NCBI GenBank assembly: GCA_943349825.1 | Contig: CALQZQ010000004.1 | Span: 51,866 to 115,865, forward strand | DNA length: 64,000 bases | Source: Candidatus Peribacteria bacterium | GTDB taxonomy: Bacteria; Patescibacteriota; Gracilibacteria; UBA1369; 2-02-FULL-48-14 | Reading direction: 5' to 3' | Part shown: piece after piece, positions 1-9,036 of the stretch | Layout: each line of letters starts with the position of its first letter | Numbering within the stretch: the first letter of the stretch is position 1 | Notes under the pieces: model-generated | The model's database searches: none | Seen by the model: only the letters and a program-made list of their open reading frames with translations | What the model was told of the DNA's origin: nothing | Made by a program: the position numbers and the translations under genes

Positions 1-1
1 T

Positions 2-391
2 TATCCCGATGAAGAATTGACTCCAGAAATGAGGGAAGCACGGGATGCTTTTAGGGCTGATTTACAGGGAATTTTGGTGGGATCTGGCGATGTGGAGTTG
101 GGATTTAAGGATGCACAATCCTTTTCTGCTGATAAACGGCCGTATTCCCGTCTTCCCGAAGACAATATTCGTCAGTACTTCAACGCCCACCTCCCTTTGG
201 TGGAACAGTCAGACGATTCGGTTCTACTCATTGAAGGTTTACTCACCGACTTGTGGGAAGAAACGGCTTCTGTACTTCGAAAGTACAATCCATCTGCCTC
301 CATTGGTCCCATTGCTGGAACCAACTTTCGGACAGTCATCAATTGGGCGCATTGGGGGACGGTTTTTTTGCGTGATGGTGATGTACGTTGA
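2..391 (+). CDS. hypothetical protein, possibly 5'-truncated by the window edge
   Basis: The frame is open from nt 2 with no upstream stop. Possible internal starts are TTG17 and ATG29. Stop is TGA at 389-391. I recognised no motif. Confidence 0.45.
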   Translation, partial: YPDEELTPEMREARDAFRADLQGILVGSGDVELGFKDAQSFSADKRPYSRLPEDNIRQYFNAHLPLVEQSDDSVLLIEGLLTDLWEETASVLRKYNPSASIGPIAGTNFRTVINWAHWGTVFLRDGDVR

Positions 392-463
392 ACTGTACAT
401 TTCATTTTTCAATCAACCTGTAAAAATCTGTGCGCGCGCACAGATGTACAGTGAACTGTACGT
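381..463. repeat. intergenic composite repeat: a 16-bp perfect palindrome flanked by 20-bp direct repeats
   Basis: CTGTGCGCGCGCACAG lies at 428-443. ATGTACGTTGAACTGTACAT (381-400) and ATGTACAGTGAACTGTACGT (444-463) match at 17/20. An inverted second copy of the core lies at 42348-42405. Confidence 0.75.
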
Positions 464-464
464 T

Positions 465-1160
465 CTAAAAAAACGCTTCTCCATTCTCACACACTAGCAC
501 CGGCACTGTGTTTGCCAGCTTTTTGAGCCGCTCTTTTTCGTCGGGACTGAAGGGGACGCGGTTTATGGCGAGGAGGCTGGGACTGAGGAGCATCGCTTCG
601 TTTACGCCTTTTTCCAGGGTTTCAAAATCTGCTTTCCATTCGCGCTGTTTCACCAGGCCCACCACGGAGACGGTGGGGTATTTGATGGTGCGTTCGAGCG
701 AAATGGCGAGGCCGCTTTTGTTTTGGGTCCAACATTTGAGAATGGCGGCGTAGAGTTCTTCGGCGTCGACCTCCAGGAAGCCGCCTTCGGTGAACCAATC
801 GTGCACGGCTTTGGGCCAGCGGTCGGGTTCGGGGAGGGCTTTGAGGCGGTCGATGGCCAATAGTCCGCCGGTGTGGTCTTTCATGAAACGGAGGAGGAAG
901 CGTTGTCCGTTCACTTCGGTGAAGGCTTTGTGGCGAGTGTCGAGTTCGCTACTCACGACTTCTCCAAAACTGCCGCGGATGGCCGCGTGCAAAGTTTCGC
1001 TCGACAAAACGGGGTGCTCTTCCAGCACGCGCCAGCTGTTTTTGTAGCGGATGCGCACGGCGTGGCCGATGGGTACGAGAGCGAGATCCGTGCTGTACTC
1101 AATTAAAGTACGCAAGAGTTTCCCGAGCCGGGGTGTCTGGGATGCGATCGAGTAATCCAT
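465..1160 (-). CDS. PilT/GspE-family-like protein lacking Walker A (putative pseudo-ATPase)
   Basis: By eye it aligns with the PilT N-domain (TDLALV..VRIRYKN.., FTEVNGQRFLLRF) and with parts of the ATPase core (SLERTIKY vs TIEDPIEF, KQREW vs NQREV). No GxxGxGKS/T P-loop is present. I chose start ATG1160, which overlaps the 3' end of dus by 62 nt. Confidence 0.5.
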   Translation of the reverse strand: MDYSIASQTPRLGKLLRTLIEYSTDLALVPIGHAVRIRYKNSWRVLEEHPVLSSETLHAAIRGSFGEVVSSELDTRHKAFTEVNGQRFLLRFMKDHTGGLLAIDRLKALPEPDRWPKAVHDWFTEGGFLEVDAEELYAAILKCWTQNKSGLAISLERTIKYPTVSVVGLVKQREWKADFETLEKGVNEAMLLSPSLLAINRVPFSPDEKERLKKLANTVPVLVCENGEAFF

Positions 1161-2106
1161 AAAGAACGGTTTTAGCTTCTTCCAAAGTGGAGATTTGAAC
1201 GACCTGAGCCCGCGCTTCGCTGGCCCCATCAAATCCACGAATTAAATGTACAAAATGTTTTCGCATTTCTTTCATGCCATGCTCTTCGCCTTTGTACTGC
1301 ACCAGCAGTTCCGCATGACGAATGTAAGTGGGAAGTTTTTCTTTGTAGGTTTGCGGTGCCGTGTAGTCTTCACCGTTGAAGGCGGCAGCGATTTCGGCCA
1401 TCACCCAGGGGTTGCCCATGGTTCCGCGGCCCACCATCACGCCGTCTAAGTTGCCGAGTTTCTCTTGAGCGTCCTTCACATTTTTGATGTCTCCGTTGCC
1501 GATCACTGGAATGCTCACGTGCCGTTTGATTTCGTAAATCGCGTCCCAGTTCGCTTTGCCTAGGTACATTTGTTTGGCGGTGCGTCCGTGGATGGTGATG
1601 AGCTGCGCGCCGGCGCTTTCCAAATCTTTGCAGAATTGAATGAACCAAGGCAGATCGAGTTCGTTGGTGCCGATGCGGGTTTTTACAGAGACGGGGAGTT
1701 TGGTGGCTTTGACGGTGGCTTCCACAATCGCCATGGCTTTGCAGGGATCTTTGAGCAAGGCGCTGCCGTGGTCGCTGGACACAACTTTTTTTGCGGGGCA
1801 ACCCATGTTGATGTCCAGAGCGTCGATGCCCATGTCTTCAATCACTTTGGCGGCGGTGGCGAAATTTTCCGGGCGTTTGCCGAAAATCTGGGCTACGAGT
1901 GGGCGCTCTTCGTTCGGGTTGAAATCCAGCTGTTTGAGAGTCATTTTGCTGTTGTGCACGATTCCGTCTGCGCTGGTGAATTCGGTAAAACAAATCACTC
2001 GCGGTTCGATGCCTTTGATCAATTGGCGATACGCGGTATCGGTGTAGCCGGCCATGGGGGCCAAGGCCAGAATCGGTCGTTTTAAATCTTTCCAGGAGAA
2101 CGCCAT
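1099..2106 (-). CDS. dus: tRNA-dihydrouridine synthase
   Basis: Contains LAPMAGYTDTAYRQL, NMGCPAKKV and HGRT motifs. The 335-aa length is typical of the Dus family. Confidence 0.9.
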   Translation of the reverse strand: MAFSWKDLKRPILALAPMAGYTDTAYRQLIKGIEPRVICFTEFTSADGIVHNSKMTLKQLDFNPNEERPLVAQIFGKRPENFATAAKVIEDMGIDALDINMGCPAKKVVSSDHGSALLKDPCKAMAIVEATVKATKLPVSVKTRIGTNELDLPWFIQFCKDLESAGAQLITIHGRTAKQMYLGKANWDAIYEIKRHVSIPVIGNGDIKNVKDAQEKLGNLDGVMVGRGTMGNPWVMAEIAAAFNGEDYTAPQTYKEKLPTYIRHAELLVQYKGEEHGMKEMRKHFVHLIRGFDGASEARAQVVQISTLEEAKTVLYGLLDRIPDTPARETLAYFN

Positions 2107-2109
2107 AAA

Positions 2110-2952
2110 TTATTTTGTTGAATCTCCGAGAAACGTGGCGTGCGTTTCATCGACGGTGCGATAATCGGGGTAATTTTTGCTGGGAGCTCCGGAGGTCCAG
2201 GCGTAACCGAAGCCTTTGCTGTCTTCAAAAAGAGCGGAGAGCACGTAGGCTTGGTTGGCTTTGCCAAAACTGTCGTAGACGGCGTAAACGTAGCCGAATT
2301 TTTTACCGGCTTTGTCCACTTCACCTTGTCGGGCATCCACGGGGACTTTGGTGAAGGCGTCGCTTTCCACGAGTGCTGCTTCGATTTGGCTCACTGCTGG
2401 ATAGCTGCCGTGTTGGGCTTTGTAGATTTCGATGACTTGTTTGATTTTAGTCATGTCGTCCATGCGGTCATCGTTGTCTGCCAGATAACTGGTATCGGAA
2501 TCCGGAGTTTTGATCACGTCCGTTTGGCCGTTGTTTGCGAGTAAGTCGCCACGCTTTTGATCGGCAAAATACCAGATCATGCTGCCGCCGATCAGTACTA
2601 CGAGCACTGCGGGGATGAGCATGGCCAAAAAGAATTGACGTTTTTCGCCGGGAACTGTTTCGCGGCGCTCGGTGCCATGGTCAAAACGGCTGGGTCGATT
2701 TTCTACCTGGAGATCCGCGAGAGGGTCGGGAGTGGGGACGATTTTTCGAGGTTCGGGTTGGGGTGCGGCCGGAGTTTGAGCACTGTGGCGGCGTTCTTCG
2801 GCCACTTTCATGAGGGCCAGTGCGCGTTGGTTTCCAGGTTCGAGTTCGAGGATTTCCGCGCAACCTTGTACCACCTTTTCAAATTCACCAGCATTGAGCC
2901 AGGATTGAATGTGGTTGAGGGCTTGCGAAACGCTGATTGAGTTTTCGTCCAT
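2110..2952 (-). CDS. membrane protein with an N-terminal TPR-like segment, one TM helix and a C-terminal pseudopilin-like domain
   Basis: The TM segment is FFLAMLIPAVLVVLIGGSMIWYF. The C-terminal IKQVIEIYKAQHGSYPA pattern resembles GspG-type pilin domains. Confidence 0.5.
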   Translation of the reverse strand: MDENSISVSQALNHIQSWLNAGEFEKVVQGCAEILELEPGNQRALALMKVAEERRHSAQTPAAPQPEPRKIVPTPDPLADLQVENRPSRFDHGTERRETVPGEKRQFFLAMLIPAVLVVLIGGSMIWYFADQKRGDLLANNGQTDVIKTPDSDTSYLADNDDRMDDMTKIKQVIEIYKAQHGSYPAVSQIEAALVESDAFTKVPVDARQGEVDKAGKKFGYVYAVYDSFGKANQAYVLSALFEDSKGFGYAWTSGAPSKNYPDYRTVDETHATFLGDSTK

Positions 2953-2996
2953 ATGGCAACAGAGTAACGGAATTGCAGGTTTGGGTCAATTGAGCT

Positions 2997-3560
2997 CTAG
3001 AAGCTCTCTCCCTCTTTCACCTCGGCTCCGCCCACGGCGGGGATCACGGCTTCGATGGTGCCCCAGATGGCCTCGCGGTCTTTGGGGACGATGAGGGTGA
3101 TGTCGTCGCCAACGCAACCTTTGTAGTAAGTGACTGAAGCGAGGAGCACGCGGTAGCTTTTGCCGCCGGCCACCACTTTGAATTGGCCGTCTTCTTTCAG
3201 CAGGGCGCCGCGCACGAATTCACGGTCCACGGGGGCGATTTGTTTGTAGAGGAAAGTTCCGTTGGGGAGAATGGTGAGTTTGAGTCGGTCGCCTTCCACA
3301 AGCTTGGATTTGCTGGCGTAGTTGGCGGGCACAGGGAACATTTTGTCTTCGGGTCCAACCATGGCTTGGCCGTCGAAAGTGCCTTCCACAATTTGGCTTT
3401 CACCCGAATCGTAGGCTTTGGCATCGCCGGTGGGCAAAGAGCGCTCGGATTTGGTGGCGGCAGTGGGATCCAGCTCTTCGAGCAAAGCCCGGGCGGAACG
3501 CAAAGAAGCTTCCGCGGTTTCAATCATACGAAGGATTTTGTGAACTTGGTCCGCGCTCAT
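2997..3560 (-). CDS. hypothetical protein
   Basis: A 187-aa ORF in the same operon orientation as the ftsQ-like gene. I recognised no motif. Confidence 0.55.
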   Translation of the reverse strand: MSADQVHKILRMIETAEASLRSARALLEELDPTAATKSERSLPTGDAKAYDSGESQIVEGTFDGQAMVGPEDKMFPVPANYASKSKLVEGDRLKLTILPNGTFLYKQIAPVDREFVRGALLKEDGQFKVVAGGKSYRVLLASVTYYKGCVGDDITLIVPKDREAIWGTIEAVIPAVGGAEVKEGESF

Positions 3561-3576
3561 GGTTTTGGTGTTAGTT

Positions 3577-4569
3577 TTAAAGTGACTGTTCGTTTAAACG
3601 ATATATTACTTTTTCGCCGTTTTGTCCAGAAATTCGCAGGTCGATGTAGTTGAGATCCGCCTCGTAAATATTGAGGGAGGTCAGCGATTTTTTGAGCTTT
3701 GTGAATTGTAAATTGACGTCTTGAGTCAGGTCGAGCCAGACCGTGAAATGGCGCTCGGTGAGTAGGTGCAGTTCGCGGGCTTGTTTCAAATAATGGATTT
3801 CCAGCACTTGCATGTTGAATTTCCCGATGAAGTCTTTGGAGGCCTGAAGGAGGACATCCAAAGTTTCTTTATCGATCAGCTCTTGGTTGAGGGTGTAGCT
3901 GGGTTTGGCCACGGTTGTCTCTGTGGATTCGGCCATTTCTCCTGTGGCATCTGTTGCTGGCAGCGTTTCTTCGGTGCTGGGCAGCGTGGCGTCTGTGCTG
4001 GTCACGTCCATGACGATGGTGGCCAGGCTTTCGTCGCTGATGCCGGTGGCGGAAATGTAGCCTTCCTCATTGATCACGAAAAATTGTTGCGAGCCGTCGG
4101 TGTAGTCCACGCGCACGTTGGCCACGGCGGGGTAGGTGCCCAACACCACGGTGAGGGTGTGGAAAAAATCACGGCGTACGTCTAGAGTTTGCAGGTAGGG
4201 ATACTGTTCCAGCAAGGCGATTTCAATCTGGGGGACATTCACCGTGAGCAGATTTTTGCCTAGATACTCCTGAAGGCTGGTGTTGAGGGAGCTTTGCTCT
4301 TCGAGAGTATCGCTGCTGCCTTCCACATTGATTTGCTGGATTTCAAAGAGGTCGGTAAAGAAGAGCGCGTAGAAAAAACCCAGTATTGCGGCTAGGATCG
4401 CGGCGATTTTTAGGCCACGCAGCAGTCGTGCAAAAAAACCGGTTTTACGGATTCGGGGTTCTCCTTTAGGTTCAAAAGGTTTACGAGAAGAGAGCTTCGG
4501 GTTCCGGTAACTGGAGAAGTTCGCGGAATTAGTTCGACGCCTGCGTTTAAAGCGATCCAAAAATCCCAT
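3577..4569 (-). CDS. ftsQ: cell division protein FtsQ-like (POTRA domain)
   Basis: Has a basic N-terminus and a single TM helix (LKIAAILAAILGFFYALFF), followed by a POTRA-like FEIQQINVEG...LLTVNVPQIEIALLEQYPYLQTLDVRR. Confidence 0.6.
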   Translation of the reverse strand: MGFLDRFKRRRRTNSANFSSYRNPKLSSRKPFEPKGEPRIRKTGFFARLLRGLKIAAILAAILGFFYALFFTDLFEIQQINVEGSSDTLEEQSSLNTSLQEYLGKNLLTVNVPQIEIALLEQYPYLQTLDVRRDFFHTLTVVLGTYPAVANVRVDYTDGSQQFFVINEEGYISATGISDESLATIVMDVTSTDATLPSTEETLPATDATGEMAESTETTVAKPSYTLNQELIDKETLDVLLQASKDFIGKFNMQVLEIHYLKQARELHLLTERHFTVWLDLTQDVNLQFTKLKKSLTSLNIYEADLNYIDLRISGQNGEKVIYRLNEQSL

Positions 4570-4595
4570 GGCGCGGGAGAGGTGAAAAGGACTTA

Positions 4596-4751
4596 CTAGA
4601 TGTTTCCTTTAGCGAGCGCTTCTCGAAGTGCTCCGGTGCGCTTTTCAGCGCTGGCACGAGCGTTCGTCTTGTTGCGACGTCTCCATTGCTTGGATTTAGG
4701 TCTCCAAGCGTCGGCGTCTACCAGGTTGTGGGTTTTACTGTTGCAATTCAT
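4596..4751 (-). CDS. small basic protein (51 aa), apparently leaderless
   Basis: My own translation is MNCNSKTHNLVDADAWRPKSKQWRRRNKTNARASAEKRTGALREALAKGNI. It falls below the ORF-track cutoff. A sigma70-like promoter ends 10 nt upstream of the ATG. Confidence 0.4.
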   Translation of the reverse strand: MNCNSKTHNLVDADAWRPKSKQWRRRNKTNARASAEKRTGALREALAKGNI

Positions 4752-4761
4752 ATGTGCGCGG

Positions 4762-4791
4762 ATTTTACGGGGAAAGGGGCAGAGAAGTCAA
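4762..4791 (-). promoter_or_regulatory. sigma70-like promoter TTGACT-N18-TAAAAT
   Basis: The -35 lies at 4786-4791 and the -10 at 4762-4767 (minus strand), directly upstream of the small ORF/ftsQ-like operon. Confidence 0.55.
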
Positions 4792-4815
4792 GTTTAATCC
4801 GCTTCGCCACAAAAT

Positions 4816-4844
4816 TTGGCGTAAAAACGCTTTTATGTTATAAT
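4816..4844 (+). promoter_or_regulatory. sigma70-like promoter TTGGCG-N17-TATAAT
   Basis: The -35 lies at 4816-4821 and the -10 at 4839-4844, 21 nt upstream of ATG 4866. Confidence 0.6.
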
Positions 4845-4865
4845 TAATTTGATTTTAATTTTACT

Positions 4866-5654
4866 ATGACTGACCGCGTGCGTGGAGAGGAGGATTTGGA
4901 TCAGCTAGAACCTCTGGCCGTAGGGACTCGTATCTTGGCGCTAGGGTCTTCAACGGAACCACCGGGCTTTTATAAGAAAGAAATTATTAGGTTTATTGAT
5001 ACAGAATCCCCTCGTTTGGTGGTTCTGAGTTCTTTGGGCTCGGTGGCCGTCTTTCAAGAAGAATACCCTGTTATTCGCTCTTCTGGAGACTATCGCCTTA
5101 TGGAGCCCCCCGTTACTTTTGCCATTCGGGAGGACGTTTTGGAGGTATATTTAAGAAAGGGAAAGTGGGTGCGTTTGGGGAAAATAAGAAATTCTTCACT
5201 CGCCTTGCCTCCTCTTAGAGTTCAAACCCCGGTGAGTGCTGTTGTCCAGAGAGTTTTAACTGAGCCGGTTCCCGTTCCTCCAGAGTCTGCAACGTTTTGG
5301 GTGGGTATGGGCGATTTGGACCGCCCATTGGTGGGTTCCGGCAGGCCCCAACTGTCTGGCTCATTGGATGGGATTGAAGAAGAGTATGCAGCGGATGGTC
5401 GTGCGGTGGATGCAGCTATGCTTGCTTTGGAAAGTAGTTTGAATTTGCGGCCCGATCAAATCACAGCGGCGCTTCTGAGGCCACAATTGATCGTTTTGAG
5501 AGCCCATCAGCATTTGCTTACTGGACCACTTTTAGCACGTCTCAAAGGAATGAATAGGCGCTTAGCTGCAATTTATAATTCTAGTCAGGCTCCAAACCTT
5601 AGGGAAGCGATAACTGCGATCAACGATTTGTTGCGTTTCTTAGCCAAGTCCTAG
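4866..5654 (+). CDS. hypothetical protein
   Basis: A 262-aa ORF with a promoter upstream and a hairpin terminator downstream. I recognised no motif. Confidence 0.6.
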   Translation: MTDRVRGEEDLDQLEPLAVGTRILALGSSTEPPGFYKKEIIRFIDTESPRLVVLSSLGSVAVFQEEYPVIRSSGDYRLMEPPVTFAIREDVLEVYLRKGKWVRLGKIRNSSLALPPLRVQTPVSAVVQRVLTEPVPVPPESATFWVGMGDLDRPLVGSGRPQLSGSLDGIEEEYAADGRAVDAAMLALESSLNLRPDQITAALLRPQLIVLRAHQHLLTGPLLARLKGMNRRLAAIYNSSQAPNLREAITAINDLLRFLAKS

Positions 5655-5666
5655 GCTCTTGAATTT

Positions 5667-5701
5667 AAAAGAGAGCCCACGTGGAGGAGAGGCTCTCTTT
5701 T
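5667..5701. terminator. bidirectional intrinsic terminator hairpin
   Basis: AAAAGAGAGCC-loop-GGCTCTCTTTT lies between the convergent genes ending at 5654 (+) and 5750 (-). Confidence 0.7.
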
Positions 5702-5749
5702 CATGATTGATTTAGGACGCGGAGCGCGTCTTGCAATGAAACTGTGGGC

Positions 5750-8700
5750 TTAACTACAACCCATACTATTTCCACAGTTCAGACACTTGTAGCAGGTCGC
5801 GTTGCGCACGGTCACATGGCCACAGGTGGAGCAGAGGGGCGCGTCGCCCATGAGTCCGGAAAGTTGTTTGGTGAGGCCGTCTTCGCTGGCAGTGCGGATG
5901 GCGCTGTCTGCAGCAGCTCCGGCAGTTTCTTCGGCGACGCTGATAGCGGCTTCGGTCATCATGGCGCTGGTGAGGTTGTTGCGAGAATTGTTTTCGTCGA
6001 GTTGAGTGCTTTTGGGCTCCACGTGCACGAAGTCGGTGCGGCCGAGGTATTCCATGCCGAGGACACGGAAGATGAAGTCGACGATGGAGGTCGCAGTGCG
6101 CACGTTGGGATGCGTGGTGAATCCGGAGGGTTCAAAGCGCGTGAAGGTGAAGCTGTCCACGTATTTTTCCAGGGGCACTCCGTATTGCATACCGATGGAA
6201 ACGGCCACGGCGAAACAGTTGAGCAAGCTGCGGTAGGAAGCGCCTTCTTTGAATGTGTCGATGAAGATTTCGCCGAGTTTGCCGTCGTCGTATTCTCCGG
6301 TGCGGATGTACATTTTTTGGCCGGCGATGCTGGCTTCCACGGTGATTCCACGGCGCTTGGTCGGCATTTGCAGTTTGTTGCCACGCATGAGTCCCACGGG
6401 AGCTGCAAGACCTGCGGCTTCGATGCCGGCTTCTTCTTTTTTCTTGGCGTCGCTCTTGGAAGAGAGAGGCTGAGACTGTTTGCAACCGTCACGGTAGAGC
6501 GCGATGGCTTTGAGGCCCATTTTCCAAGATTCGATGTAGGTGTTTTTGATGTCTTCCACAGTGGCTTCTTTGGGCAAGTTCACCGTTTTGGAGATGGCTC
6601 CGGAAAGGAAAGGTTGCACGGCGGCCATCATTTTTACATGACCGAGGGGCGCGATGTAACGTTCTCCGGCTCCACATTTGTTGGCACAATCGAAGATGGC
6701 GAAGTGCTCGATTTTGAGGTGAGGTGCGCCTTCCATGGTTTGCGTGCCTTCAATATAGAAGCGCGCGGCTTGAATTTGATCTTGAGTCAGTCCCTTGGCG
6801 AGCAGCGCTTTGGGAGTGATGTGGGGAGCCCATTCGTCCAGAGTCTTGGCTTTTTCCACGTGCTTGGTGGCTTCGATGATTTGAGTTTCGGTGAAACCCA
6901 GGTCCTTGAGGGCGGTGGGGCTGATGTGAGGGGCGCCGTTGAGAGTGCCGTGACCCAGCACGAAGTCTGCCATTTCGGTGATGTCGCTTTCTTTGTAGCC
7001 GAGCTTGTTGAGAGCTGCGGGGATGGATTTGTTGATGATCTTGAAGTGTCCTCCTCCGGCGAGCTTCTTCCACTTTACAATGGAGAACTCAGGTTCCACA
7101 CCGGTGGTGTCGCAGTCCATGAGCAGACCGATGGTTCCCGTGGGCGCGAGCACGGTGGCTTGCGCGTTGCGGTAACCGAACTTTTCTCCGAGTTCCACGG
7201 CGAGGTCAGCGTCTTCACAAGCGGCTTTGTAGAGATCTTTGGGGCAGAGTTTGCTGTCGATTTGGTGCGCGGCTTCTTGGTGTTTGCGCATCACACGGAG
7301 CATGCCGTCGCGGTTCTTTTCAAAGCCGGCGAAGGTGCCGACCACTTTAGCGAGTTCTGCGGAAGTGGCGAAAGCGTGGCAGTGCATGATGGCGGTGAGG
7401 GCGGCAGCAATGGCGCGGCCTTCGTCACTGTCGTAAGGGATTCCGGACATCATGAGCAGGGTTCCGAGGTTGGCGTAACCGAGCCCGAGAGGACGGAAAT
7501 CGTGGCTGTTTTTGGCGATGTTCACGGTGGGGTAGGACGAAAGGTCCACGAGGATTTCTTGGGCGATGAAGAAGATTTCGGACGCGTGGCGGTAGCCGGC
7601 GATGTCGAAAGAGCCGTCTTCATTCAGGAATTTCATGAGGTTCAAAGACGCGAGGTTGCAAGCGGTGTCGTCGAGGAACATGTACTCGGAACAAGGGTTG
7701 GAACCATTGATGCGGCCGGTGACCGGAGAGGTGTGCCAATCGTTGATGGTGGTGTCGAATTGCAGGCCGGGATCGGCGCAGCTCCATGCGGCGCGGCAGA
7801 TGTCTTCAAACAAATCTTGAGCGTCGATTTCTTCATGAGGTTTGCCATCGGTGCGGCGCTTGGTCCAGAACTTGCCGCCCTTTTCGACGGCGTTCATGAA
7901 CTCGTCGTTCACACGCACGGAGTTGTTGGAGTTTTGTCCGGAAACCGTGTGGTAGGCTTCGCCACGCCAGTCGCTGTCGTAGCCGGCGGCGATGAGTGCG
8001 CGGGCTTTCTTTTCAGATTCCACTTTCCAGTTCACGAAGTCACGGATTTCAGGGTGATCCACATCCAGCACCACCATTTTGGCGGCACGACGGGTGGTTC
8101 CTCCGGATTTGATGGCACCGGCGCCGCGGTCGAGTACTTCCAGGAAAGACATGAGCCCGGAAGAGATGCCTCCGCCGGAAAGAATTTCGTATTTGGAGCG
8201 CAAATTGGAGAAATTGGATCCGGTTCCGGAGCCGTACTTGAAGAGCTTAGCTTCGTTCTTGGCGAGTTCAAAAATTCCCATCAAAGAGTCGTCTACTTTT
8301 TGAATGAAGCAGGCGCTGCATTGAGGGCGAGCGTAGGCGTTGTCGATTTCCACCACGGCTCCTTGGGCAAAATCCCAGGCGTAGTTGCCGGCGTCGCCGA
8401 CCACTCCGTATTCGTGGTAAAGACCGCAGTTGAACCACACGGGGGAGTTGAAGGCCCCGCGCTGGGTGATGAGCATGTATTTGAGTTCTTGTTCGAAAGA
8501 ATCCGCATCGTCCTTGGAGGCAAAGTAGCCTTTATCTTCTCCAAAAGTGCGGATGGTGTGAGCCACGCGGTGCACGGTTTGTTTGGCGCTGGATTCGCTG
8601 CCGGCCTTGCCGTCCACGCCGCGTTTGCGGAAATATTTTTGGGCCAAAATGTCCGTGGCCAGTTGAGACCAGCTGGTGGGGACTTCCACGTTTTTCATCT

Positions 8701-8911
8701 CGAAAACCACGGAACCGTTGGGCTCGGTGATTCGGGATTCACGCAGGTCATAATCCATCATATCGAAGGCTTCGAGACCCGCTTGGGTGAAGCGACGAGC
8801 GATGCGCAGACCATTTTTGGTGGCCTTAGCCTCTTGAGGCTGTTTGATTTCTTTCTTTGCGGCCCCGGTAGGGGTCACAACGGGGTCGGGGAGGGTAATA
8901 GATTGGGCCAT
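5750..8911 (-). CDS. nrdJ: adenosylcobalamin-dependent (class II) ribonucleotide reductase
   Basis: A protein of about 1050 aa with N-terminal LATDILAQKYFRK, NPCSEY and GLGYANL motifs and a C-terminal CSTCG...CYKCLNCG zinc ribbon. I chose start ATG8911 (MAQSITL) rather than 8992. Confidence 0.9.
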   Translation of the reverse strand: MAQSITLPDPVVTPTGAAKKEIKQPQEAKATKNGLRIARRFTQAGLEAFDMMDYDLRESRITEPNGSVVFEMKNVEVPTSWSQLATDILAQKYFRKRGVDGKAGSESSAKQTVHRVAHTIRTFGEDKGYFASKDDADSFEQELKYMLITQRGAFNSPVWFNCGLYHEYGVVGDAGNYAWDFAQGAVVEIDNAYARPQCSACFIQKVDDSLMGIFELAKNEAKLFKYGSGTGSNFSNLRSKYEILSGGGISSGLMSFLEVLDRGAGAIKSGGTTRRAAKMVVLDVDHPEIRDFVNWKVESEKKARALIAAGYDSDWRGEAYHTVSGQNSNNSVRVNDEFMNAVEKGGKFWTKRRTDGKPHEEIDAQDLFEDICRAAWSCADPGLQFDTTINDWHTSPVTGRINGSNPCSEYMFLDDTACNLASLNLMKFLNEDGSFDIAGYRHASEIFFIAQEILVDLSSYPTVNIAKNSHDFRPLGLGYANLGTLLMMSGIPYDSDEGRAIAAALTAIMHCHAFATSAELAKVVGTFAGFEKNRDGMLRVMRKHQEAAHQIDSKLCPKDLYKAACEDADLAVELGEKFGYRNAQATVLAPTGTIGLLMDCDTTGVEPEFSIVKWKKLAGGGHFKIINKSIPAALNKLGYKESDITEMADFVLGHGTLNGAPHISPTALKDLGFTETQIIEATKHVEKAKTLDEWAPHITPKALLAKGLTQDQIQAARFYIEGTQTMEGAPHLKIEHFAIFDCANKCGAGERYIAPLGHVKMMAAVQPFLSGAISKTVNLPKEATVEDIKNTYIESWKMGLKAIALYRDGCKQSQPLSSKSDAKKKEEAGIEAAGLAAPVGLMRGNKLQMPTKRRGITVEASIAGQKMYIRTGEYDDGKLGEIFIDTFKEGASYRSLLNCFAVAVSIGMQYGVPLEKYVDSFTFTRFEPSGFTTHPNVRTATSIVDFIFRVLGMEYLGRTDFVHVEPKSTQLDENNSRNNLTSAMMTEAAISVAEETAGAAADSAIRTASEDGLTKQLSGLMGDAPLCSTCGHVTVRNATCYKCLNCGNSMGCS

Positions 8912-8988
8912 ACAGCGTGGAAAATGAAAAAGAGGAAATAGGAAGAGGGTTGGAAGGACTACCGGTGGAGTGGGGGAATCGGGTGCAG

Positions 8989-9036
8989 ACACAAGATATT
9001 GTGTGCCGCTTCCTTGTAGTACACAAGATATCGAAG
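8989..9036 (-). promoter_or_regulatory. two NrdR-box-like palindromes upstream of nrdJ
   Basis: ACACAAGATATTGTGT (8989-9004) is a near-perfect 16-bp palindrome. ACACAAGATATCGAAG (9021-9036) is a half match. Their starts are 32 bp apart, which is the tandem spacing known for NrdR operators. Confidence 0.6.

Noticed and set aside
4600-4797. A 65-aa plus-strand ORF in the ftsQ / 4866 spacer.
   Set aside because: It would be transcribed towards ftsQ with no promoter. The minus-strand 51-aa ORF has a well-placed promoter and the same orientation as the operon.
5744-8941. A 1065-aa ORF on the plus strand, exactly antisense to nrdJ.
   Set aside because: It is codon-aligned with the nrdJ frame and its product is low-complexity Gly/Val/Ala/Phe-rich with no motifs. 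nrdJ on the other strand has unmistakable RNR motifs. It is a shadow ORF caused by the absence of TTA/CTA/TCA codons in nrdJ.
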